From an uncultured Ktedonobacterales bacterium (GTDB lineage: Bacteria > Chloroflexota > Ktedonobacteria > Ktedonobacterales > JADMIN01), in assembly GCA_964427535.1 (NCBI GenBank), contig CAYRVF010000001.1, forward strand, positions 2,217-66,216: 64,000 bases of DNA. Reading direction: 5' to 3'. Shown one piece after another: positions 45,844-53,745 of the stretch. The stretch's first letter is position 1, and every line of letters starts with the position of its first letter. A program made the position numbers and the translations under genes. The notes beneath the pieces were generated by a model. That model was not told the DNA's origin and did not search any database. It saw only the letters and a list, made by a program, of their open reading frames with translations.

Positions 45844-48816
45844 ATGTCGCAAATCTCGAACGCGGCGTCTGCGCAGGCAGAGGCGGCCCGCCACCGAACC
45901 GCGAATCAACGTATTTTCCGCGCCTTCCTGAGCATCTCATCGGCGGCACTCTTGATCCGCGTGATGGGTATGCTCAATCAGGTGATCGTCACCTCGCATT
46001 TCGGCCTCGGCGCGGCAATGGACGCCTACTTCGTGGCCTCTGGGCTGCCCCTCCTCATCGCGTCGCTCATCACTGGCTCGCTGGATGTCTCGGTCGTCCC
46101 GGGCTATACACGCGTACGAGACCACGCTACACGAGAGCAGATGACCATTTTCTTCAGCACGCTGCTGAATCTGTTTCTCATTGGGGCGGCACTGCTCACT
46201 GTGGTCATGTTCGTTTTCCGTCGCCAGCTCATCTTCATCGTGGCCCCTGGCCTGGACCCGGGGACCATGCAACTGGCAGTCAACCTCACTCCATTCATCA
46301 TTCCCGCGTTTCTCTTTCTGGTCGCGATCGGCTACCTGGAGTCCATTCTCGCCGCGGAAGGGCAGTTCGGGTGGCCCGCCTATGCCGGCGTACTCGTCCC
46401 CTTCACAACGGCTGTACTGGTGCTAGTGATAGGCAGATCAGAGGGCGTCATTATCCTGTGTATTGGGATGCTCGTTGGCCTATGCTTCCAGATCAGTGTG
46501 GTTGTGGTGCGGGTGCGGAGCACAACGATTGCCTACCGCCCCATCATAGACCTGCACAATGCGGAGATCGCCGCGGTGTTAGCCCTTGCCTGGCCTGCCC
46601 TTGTTAGCGGCCTGATCTTACAGGCTAGTCCTCTCGTCGACCAGATGTTTGCATCGACCCTCTCGGCAGGCAGCATTTCCGCGCTTAACTACTCACTCAA
46701 GCTCATCAGCGTGCCGGTCGGTGTCATCTTTGCCGCAGCGGGGCGAGCGGTGCTCCCGTTTCTGTCGCGTCAAATCGCTGCCGGGGATGTACGCGCCTTC
46801 AAAGAAACTCTGCGTTTGAATTTATGGGTTGTTGGTGGTGTGACAGCCGTGTTGTCCGCTCTCATGTTTGTGTTCGCGCATCTGATCGTGCAAATCCTCT
46901 TCCAACGCGGGGCCTTCACGCCGGCCGATACCACGCACACAGCCAGCACGCTGAGGGGCTTCACGGTGGGCCTGATACCGATGGCGCTGGGGTTCATGTT
47001 GGCGCGGACCTTTAGCGCAGTTCGCAAGACATATGTCCTCACGTTGACGAGTCTCTTCGCAATTCTGGCCAACGCCCTCTTCGACTTTATCTTCGCTCGC
47101 CTGTGGCAGAGCGTTGGCATTGCCCTGTCAACCTCGGCGGTTTACTACTGCACGATGATTATCCTGCTCATCCTGCTCCGGCGTGAGGTCGGCAATCTGG
47201 ACCTGCTGAGGCCTCCGCCGGAACTTCTGGTGGGCCTCCGCCAGATGGGCGGCGCTCGCTTTCGGCAGTGCCAGACATGGATCGCGAGGTTCACGATGAA
47301 CATTCCGCGTCGGTTCGGTGTGGAACTCCACGACCTCCCGTGGGTGGCCTCGCGGGAGGAGCGCCTCCCGGGGATTGGCATCCCGCCTCAGCTGCGACAA
47401 CCGCTGTTGTACAGCGTTGCACTGCTTGCCATCTTAGCGGCGGGAGTCGGCAGCGTCTTCATGGACCCCGTTTTGGTCCTACGGATTGTCCTGGGGGTCC
47501 CCTTCATCCTGATCCTCTTGCGCTTTCCCTACGTGCTGTTGCTGGTGTGGGCGTCCATCGAAGTCTTTTTTGGCTCGGCGGTTCCCTTCCTCAGCGGCAA
47601 TAATGTGCAGACTGCCCTCACGGTGCCGACCTTACTCCTGTTGGTGACGGTGCCGTTCTGGGAGACCGTGAGGCGCATCCCCGCGCTGGCCTTCATGCTG
47701 CTCTTCCTGTTGTGGTCGCTCATAAGCATTGGAGTCTCGAGTATCGATCCCGTGACCTTCCTGAAAGAGTGGACGCTTACCCTGGATGTCGTGGCCCTGG
47801 CAGTGCTGTCGGTGAACATCTTGACGACGCGACGCCGCTTGCTGGGAGTAACCGACACTATCCTGGCGTTGTCGGCGGGCCTCGCGCTGTTTGGGATCTA
47901 TGGCTACGTCACGCACCGCTACGGGCAACTTGACACGCAAGCGGGGGTCTTTCGTGCCAGCTCGATCTTCGGCGTCGCCACCGGCTTTTCTTTCTTCCTG
48001 TCGCTCGTGATCCCACTGGCGCTCTATCGCCTGTTTACCGTTCGAGGCCTGCTATGGCGGGCCGGTCTTTCGGCCCTCATTCTCGTCTTTCTGCTGGCAC
48101 TCGGGCTGACGTTCACACGCGCGGCCCTTGCCACTGTTCCTCTGTGCCTCATCATCCTCGGCCTCTTCTTGCCCTCGCGCCGGATGAAGGTGAGCGTACT
48201 TTGCGGCACTCTTGGGGTGGGCATCCTCCTGGTGCTCTTGGAGGTGTTGGGCTATGTGCACGTCTTCGATCGCTTCTTTAACCAGGATCTTGCGACACTC
48301 AATGGGCGCACCTATCTGTGGGCGGCCGTGCTGGATCACTTCGACCCCACCCAGATCTTCGGCCACGGGCTGGGCGCATCTGACGCTCTGTTGACCGCGT
48401 TGCATATCGGCGCCAATGGCCTGACCTCTATCAGCCTCATTGGGACGTCTCCACACAGTCTCTTTTTGGGGACACTCTACGACCACGGTATCATCGGCCT
48501 GTTGCTGCTCACATTGGCTCTAACGGCCCTCCTGGTGAGCCTGGTCAAAGGCGCAAAAAAGGCTTCAGGAGAGCATCGTCTCCTCTACTCCATCGCGCTG
48601 GCGGTCTGTATCAGCACGATCATCCAGTCGATCGACTCGAACCAGATCATGGAGCCATTGCTAGGCACCTACTTCTGGATCATCGTGACGCTCCCGTTCG
48701 CCCGCTACTGGTCATATCCCAAGCCACCATCCGAGACCGAACAGCCGTTAGTGGGCACAAATGTGGGACCGAGCCCAGAGTCACGGCAACAAAGGGTGTC
48801 GCAGCCACTACGCTAG
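45844..48816 (+). CDS. Fusion protein: MurJ/MviN-like MOP flippase (N-terminal ~480 aa) + O-antigen polymerase/ligase (Wzy_C) domain (C-terminal ~470 aa)
   Basis: N-terminal part: ALLIRVMGMLNQVIVTSHFGLGAAMDAYFVASGLP plus ~14 TM helices. Linker around 47180-47400. C-terminal part: FRASSIFGVATGFSFFLS, TFTRAALATVPL, NGRTYLWAAVLDHF..IFGHGLG, SPHSLFLGTLYDHGIIGLLLL. One uninterrupted frame. GTG 45787 is an alternative start. Confidence 0.8.
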   Translation: MSQISNAASAQAEAARHRTANQRIFRAFLSISSAALLIRVMGMLNQVIVTSHFGLGAAMDAYFVASGLPLLIASLITGSLDVSVVPGYTRVRDHATREQMTIFFSTLLNLFLIGAALLTVVMFVFRRQLIFIVAPGLDPGTMQLAVNLTPFIIPAFLFLVAIGYLESILAAEGQFGWPAYAGVLVPFTTAVLVLVIGRSEGVIILCIGMLVGLCFQISVVVVRVRSTTIAYRPIIDLHNAEIAAVLALAWPALVSGLILQASPLVDQMFASTLSAGSISALNYSLKLISVPVGVIFAAAGRAVLPFLSRQIAAGDVRAFKETLRLNLWVVGGVTAVLSALMFVFAHLIVQILFQRGAFTPADTTHTASTLRGFTVGLIPMALGFMLARTFSAVRKTYVLTLTSLFAILANALFDFIFARLWQSVGIALSTSAVYYCTMIILLILLRREVGNLDLLRPPPELLVGLRQMGGARFRQCQTWIARFTMNIPRRFGVELHDLPWVASREERLPGIGIPPQLRQPLLYSVALLAILAAGVGSVFMDPVLVLRIVLGVPFILILLRFPYVLLLVWASIEVFFGSAVPFLSGNNVQTALTVPTLLLLVTVPFWETVRRIPALAFMLLFLLWSLISIGVSSIDPVTFLKEWTLTLDVVALAVLSVNILTTRRRLLGVTDTILALSAGLALFGIYGYVTHRYGQLDTQAGVFRASSIFGVATGFSFFLSLVIPLALYRLFTVRGLLWRAGLSALILVFLLALGLTFTRAALATVPLCLIILGLFLPSRRMKVSVLCGTLGVGILLVLLEVLGYVHVFDRFFNQDLATLNGRTYLWAAVLDHFDPTQIFGHGLGASDALLTALHIGANGLTSISLIGTSPHSLFLGTLYDHGIIGLLLLTLALTALLVSLVKGAKKASGEHRLLYSIALAVCISTIIQSIDSNQIMEPLLGTYFWIIVTLPFARYWSYPKPPSETEQPLVGTNVGPSPESRQQRVSQPLR

Positions 48817-48834
48817 CGACGCCAGAACGGAGGG

Positions 48835-50148
48835 GTGATGAGCAAGCCGCGCATCTACATCGCCGTTGCCGATTTTCATCCATCGCTTGGAGGAACTGAA
48901 CAGCAAGCTCGCATGCACAGCCATCTGCTGCGCGAGCGGGGCTGTGAGACGACCGTCGTGACCTTTCGCCACCACCCATCCTGGCCGCGGCGAGATGTGG
49001 TCGACGGTGTGCCGGTCATGCGCGTAGCCGGGTGGCCCTTGATACATCGCCAGGAGCGGCGGGCGCCACTGCGAAAATTGTCGTACCTGATGGCCATGGC
49101 GATCATGGGCTGGACGCTCTGGCGACAGCGCCGGCACTACGATATCGTGCATGTCTATAAGCTCAATGTGCTGGCGCTTTCGGCAGCGTTGGTGTGTCGA
49201 GTCACGGGCACCCCACTGCTCGTTTCCGTCCGAGCCACAGGCGTGGGTGATGCAACGCGGCTTCCGAACGACGCCTCATGGGGTGCTGGACTACCCGATA
49301 GGGCTGCACCGGTTTCGCCGGTCGCTGAACACCTTCGCATGGATGGAGACCTGGAAGATCTGGAGCGCATAGGACGGGTGGGCGTACGACTCACCCGATA
49401 TCTGCTCCGTCGGAACGGCGCTGTCGTGGTTGCGCTGAGCTCGCAGACACAGACGTATTTGGCCGCGCACCACTTTGAGCTGCCTCATGTGCACCTCGTC
49501 CCGAATGGTGTAGACATCATCCGATTTGCGCCGCCCCGCGCAGAGCCCTCCTCGAATGAGCAGGCACAGACCGTCATCTGTGTCTCGAAGCTGCGGTACC
49601 AGAAGGGCATCGACGTTCTTCTACGAGCATGGCGCCTGGTGCGTGATCAGGTCCCGCAGGCACGACTGATCGTCGTCGGCGACGGCCCGTTGGAGGAATC
49701 GCTGCAGCATCTCGCGAAGACGCTCGACATCGCCGACAGCGTCGAATTCACGGGGCGGCAGACCGACGTGCCGACGCAGCTCCACCGTGGCGGGCTGGCA
49801 GTCCTCGCCTCACGCTACGAAGGCATGCCGAACGCCATTCTGGAGGCGATGGCCTGCGGCCTGCCCTGTGTGGCCACACGCGTCAGCGGCAGCGAGGACA
49901 TCATTCAGCACGGCATGAACGGCCTGCTGGTCGAGCCGGAAGATGTAGATGGCCTCGCGCAGGCGTTGCTCACCCTGTTACGCGATCCCGCGCTGGCTCG
50001 GACATATGGTCGTGCTGCCCGTGCCGCCGTCGAGAACCACTATGCGCTCGAACACATCATGGATGTGTACATGCGGCTCTACGAGGACATGGCCGACGGT
50101 AGGAAGCTGAGAGCGGAGAGCGCATCCCAACCGGCGCTGGGCACCTGA
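48835..50148 (+). CDS. GT4-family glycosyltransferase
   Basis: EGMPNAILEAMACGLPCVATRVSGSEDIIQHGMNGLLVEPED. The C-terminal block is nearly identical to that of the GT4 at 28660. Confidence 0.85.
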   Translation: MMSKPRIYIAVADFHPSLGGTEQQARMHSHLLRERGCETTVVTFRHHPSWPRRDVVDGVPVMRVAGWPLIHRQERRAPLRKLSYLMAMAIMGWTLWRQRRHYDIVHVYKLNVLALSAALVCRVTGTPLLVSVRATGVGDATRLPNDASWGAGLPDRAAPVSPVAEHLRMDGDLEDLERIGRVGVRLTRYLLRRNGAVVVALSSQTQTYLAAHHFELPHVHLVPNGVDIIRFAPPRAEPSSNEQAQTVICVSKLRYQKGIDVLLRAWRLVRDQVPQARLIVVGDGPLEESLQHLAKTLDIADSVEFTGRQTDVPTQLHRGGLAVLASRYEGMPNAILEAMACGLPCVATRVSGSEDIIQHGMNGLLVEPEDVDGLAQALLTLLRDPALARTYGRAARAAVENHYALEHIMDVYMRLYEDMADGRKLRAESASQPALGT

Positions 50149-50175
50149 CCGGCCCGGACGAGACCGTCAGCTCTC

Positions 50176-51174
50176 CTACGCGGGTGAGGTTATACGCTTG
50201 CCATGTCCCTCAATCCCATTGTAGCCATACCGGACCGTGGCATCGGTCATCCCGGCCTCAGTGAACCACCTCCGCAGGGTCTTAATCGTGACCGGTGAGT
50301 CATAACGCGGCGATAGCATATCGAACGCGTCCAGATATGCCCACTCCTTCAGCATGCTCCCTTGAAGTCCCAATCTGCTGTAGTCAGGTACGAGCAGGCG
50401 CCAGTTCATGGTGGGACCGATACGGGGGATACGGCTAATTGCGCGGGTAAGCGGCCAGACAAAGTCAATCCAGCGGCGCGTGAGGCGATATAGGCGCGGA
50501 GGATCTATGCGCGTGGTCAACGGGCGAACGTAATACTTCGTCGCCAGGTAGGTACGGAAGAACGTCCTCTTGTAGATGTCCACCACGAGCTCCCCATTGG
50601 GTTTAAGCATGGGGGGCAGCGCTAGAAACGCCGCGTGCACGTCTGGCGTGTGCTGCAGCATACCAAAACAGAAGACTTTGTCGAACGACCCAGGGCGAAA
50701 CGGCATGGCATAGACATCGGCCTGGACGATCAAGACATTCTCGCGCCACCCGTTCGAGGCATAGTTGGCCTCGACGGCATGACTGTAGTCCAGCGATACG
50801 ACAAACGCCCCCGTCGAAGCCGCCTGTTCGGTAAACCGCCCCGAGCCACTTCCCACCTCCAGAATCACCTGACCCGTAAGATCTCTCGGCCAGCGGGTTT
50901 CCTCGAAGAAGCGCCGCTCGGATCGCTTTACTCCGCTGTAGCTATCGTACTGTGTTCTCGCGTGCAAGGTCCACTCGAATCCAAAACTCGAAGCGTAGTT
51001 CTCGATAGGAACGAAACGCGGAATGTACCAGACGACCGGATACATTGTCTGGCAGTCCGTACAGAGTAATTCCGCTGTCTCCAGAATGTCTCCCTGCCGC
51101 TTCTCGGCCGAGCTGATAACGAGTTGGCCCAGGCATCGCGGACACGCAAGATACTTTACAGCGGACTCTCTCAC
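50176..51174 (-). CDS. SAM-dependent methyltransferase with N-terminal Trm112-like zinc-ribbon
   Basis: LACPRCLGQL....LLCTDCQTMYPVVWYIPRF (CxxC..CxxC) followed by motif I ILEVGSGSGRF. The start is set at GTG 51174, after GAGGAG with a 6-nt spacer. The track start is 51357. Confidence 0.8.
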   Translation of the reverse strand: MRESAVKYLACPRCLGQLVISSAEKRQGDILETAELLCTDCQTMYPVVWYIPRFVPIENYASSFGFEWTLHARTQYDSYSGVKRSERRFFEETRWPRDLTGQVILEVGSGSGRFTEQAASTGAFVVSLDYSHAVEANYASNGWRENVLIVQADVYAMPFRPGSFDKVFCFGMLQHTPDVHAAFLALPPMLKPNGELVVDIYKRTFFRTYLATKYYVRPLTTRIDPPRLYRLTRRWIDFVWPLTRAISRIPRIGPTMNWRLLVPDYSRLGLQGSMLKEWAYLDAFDMLSPRYDSPVTIKTLRRWFTEAGMTDATVRYGYNGIEGHGKRITSPA

Positions 51175-51810
51175 GGGTAGCTCCTCTCTACTCGAGTGGT
51201 AGGCTGCACTGCGCGACCCTGTTCCCGGACCGTCCGATGCGGTGACTGCGTCCGTGAGACTGCCAGTGAAAGCTGCCATTCCACGCATGCCCTCGCATCG
51301 CGCTGCGAATGAAGCGCAGCAAAATGTGTGTTTGTTGGCCAGTGTAGGTGTCCGCACGAAGAAGGTCTCTGGGGAAAACCCCCTAGTTTAGTGCAGGGAA
51401 CTTGTATCACGGCCCCACTAGACATGCGCGCGGTCTTGGATGCATGACAACCCGCACCTGCCTAGCGTGCTTCAGCCAGGCGAGTAACATAGTGGACGTG
51501 GGTCGAGTGCAGATGTCAGTCAGCAGCGATGAACTACGTGGGAAACATGCGAGGCAAAGGCTCACTGGGGGGAGGGCGGCGACAACTGAACGGTCCTGGG
51601 GCCTCGGGCGCTCGTCTCTCCATCCGTTCATGGGCGGATGTCCCGCACGCACCTTCACACGCGCCCTATGTACCTCGGGTTGGAGGCGGCGGTACGCTCC
51701 TAGAGGGAGCCCGCAAACCAGCGCAGATGACGCGGTACACAGTCTCTGCGCCCAGCTGAGAATGCACCCTCGGCGTGCAGTGGAGCCGTACAGGCGCTAT
51801 ACCCAGGATA

Positions 51811-51846
51811 AGGCACACCAGGCACATTAGACACATCAGGCACACT
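51811..51846. repeat. 9-bp tandem repeat x4 (AGGCACACC AGGCACATT AGACACATC AGGCACACT)
   Basis: Read directly, ~250 nt upstream of the FemAB/CelD-like gene in a 730-nt divergent intergenic region. Confidence 0.6.
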
Positions 51847-52091
51847 GTGTCGCACCACTCGCGCTGAAGCCCGACGGGACCTCGACAGCCGAGCGACACG
51901 ATGCCTTCAACACCAATCTCCACCCACCAGTGATGCTCATTCGAGCTATCAGGTGCGAATCCAACGCGCGGCCCACCGCGTGCCCAAGTTGTGCGACGGA
52001 CAACTGACGAGCGAGCCAGCATCGGTACCAGAAGCGTTCCGCACAGGTCGGTGGCAGTCGAAGCGCAATCTCTGGGAGACTGGAGTCGAAG

Positions 52092-53288
52092 ATGGCTTTG
52101 ATCACGCGTACAGCAACGTGGACTCCCGCCAGCACGCTCCGACCACGCGTCTACACATCCTGGGACGAGCTGGCAGAGCTCCGCGCGGCGTGGGAGCACC
52201 TGCTGCAAGAGAGCACAGGTCCCACGATCTTCTCAACTCAAGAGTGGCTGGGCGCCTGGTGGAAGGCATTTAGCGCGGGCAAGCAACTCCTCACCATCAC
52301 CTTTTCGAACTCGCGCGGCGAACTGGTCGGAGTGGCACCGTTCTATCTCGACGAGGTGAACGGTCGCTATTACGGCAGGCTCAGGCGACTGCGACTCGTC
52401 GGTGACGGAACAGTGGACTCTGATAACCTCGATCTGATAGTCCGCACCGGTCAGGAAGAAGTCTGCGCGAAAGCGGTGCTCGACTGGCTCGCATCCGAGT
52501 CGGTGTGGGATCTCTGTGAGTTGAACACGCTGCCTGCCAATTCACCGAACACCCGCCCGATGTTGAGGCTCCTCGACACGATGAAATGGGTTCAGGGCGT
52601 GTATGAGCACCCGAATTCCGCGGTCGTCTTGCCTGAGAACTGGGACGCATATCTCGGGCAGCTTTCCAAAGAGCAGGCCTACGGAATCGAGCGCTACACA
52701 CGCCGGCTGCGCCGGCACTACGCTGTTGCGATCTACAAGTGTGTGAGAGAAGAGGAGCTACCAGGGTATTTGGACGTCTTGTTCGATTTGCACCAGAAGC
52801 GGTGGACTGGCCGAGGGCTCCCAGGAACCTTTTCCTCACAGGAGCGCAGGCAGTTTTACACGGACATGAGCCGGGCGTTCCTTCGCCGCGGGTGGTTAGA
52901 GTTCTGGTTGTTGGAACTCGACGGGATGATCGTAGCGGCACAATTTGCCTTCCGCTACGGCGATACGGTGTATCAGCTGCAGGAAGGTCTCGATCCAGCC
53001 CATTACACCGATCGGGCGGGCCAGGTATTGCGAGCCCACATCATCAAGCAGCTCATCGCTGACGGTGTACATCGCTATGATTTCTTACGCGGAGATCAAG
53101 AACATAAGCGGAACTGGGGGGCTCTACCGGGTTCGTACACCTATATTCATTTTGCCAAACCCTTTACCCGCGCGGGTCTGTACATCCCGTGGCGAGACCG
53201 TATCGAGACGGGCAGGAGATGGTTGGAGGCGAATGCTCCGGCTCCCGCTTACTCACTGGTACGAGACATCTATCGCCGCATCCAGTGA
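52092..53288 (+). CDS. FemAB/CelD-like GNAT-fold acyltransferase (BioF2-like acetyltransferase domain)
   Basis: 398 aa. N-terminal WDELAELRAAWEHLLQES..TIFSTQEWLGAWWKAF and C-terminal YDFLRGDQEHKRNWGA are typical of the CelD/BcsL and PEP-CTERM-associated FemAB-related families. Confidence 0.7.
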   Translation: MALITRTATWTPASTLRPRVYTSWDELAELRAAWEHLLQESTGPTIFSTQEWLGAWWKAFSAGKQLLTITFSNSRGELVGVAPFYLDEVNGRYYGRLRRLRLVGDGTVDSDNLDLIVRTGQEEVCAKAVLDWLASESVWDLCELNTLPANSPNTRPMLRLLDTMKWVQGVYEHPNSAVVLPENWDAYLGQLSKEQAYGIERYTRRLRRHYAVAIYKCVREEELPGYLDVLFDLHQKRWTGRGLPGTFSSQERRQFYTDMSRAFLRRGWLEFWLLELDGMIVAAQFAFRYGDTVYQLQEGLDPAHYTDRAGQVLRAHIIKQLIADGVHRYDFLRGDQEHKRNWGALPGSYTYIHFAKPFTRAGLYIPWRDRIETGRRWLEANAPAPAYSLVRDIYRRIQ

Positions 53289-53324
53289 CGCCTGATACCC
53301 GTCCGCACCGTCGCGATACGAGCC

Positions 53325-53349
53325 CGAAGGTCGCTGGCGTCGACCTTCG
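53325..53349 (+). terminator. Hairpin after the acyltransferase gene (CGAAGGTCG ctggcgt CGACCTTCG)
   Basis: Perfect 9-bp stem starting 37 nt after the stop codon. Confidence 0.45.
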
Positions 53350-53745
53350 CTGGACACTGGGCAGTCCCACGACAGCATGACCGGTAGAGCAGTGGAAGCT
53401 GTCGACTCCAATAGCTGTTAGCTATGCGGTGGAGCTCATCAGGTGGAGCAGTCGCTTCAGGCCACCACTGCGCGCTCGTGGAAAGCGCCGTGGCATATGC
53501 CGCTATGACGACGTGACGCGCGCTCCCGCGACTCCCTCCGACACCTCCAAGACATCCGCACAGCCGCGATTCCAGCCGCAGAGTGGCAACTCCACCACTC
53601 ACCAGTACGTGGGTAGATGTCCCGCGTGCGCCTACACGCCCTCCCCATTTACGCCAGGCTGAGCTATGCCGCTACACTACGACAACGCATCACACACCCT
53701 GGCACACCTTGGCGCACGTGCTCGTCGGAAGGGGCAGACAGCCAC

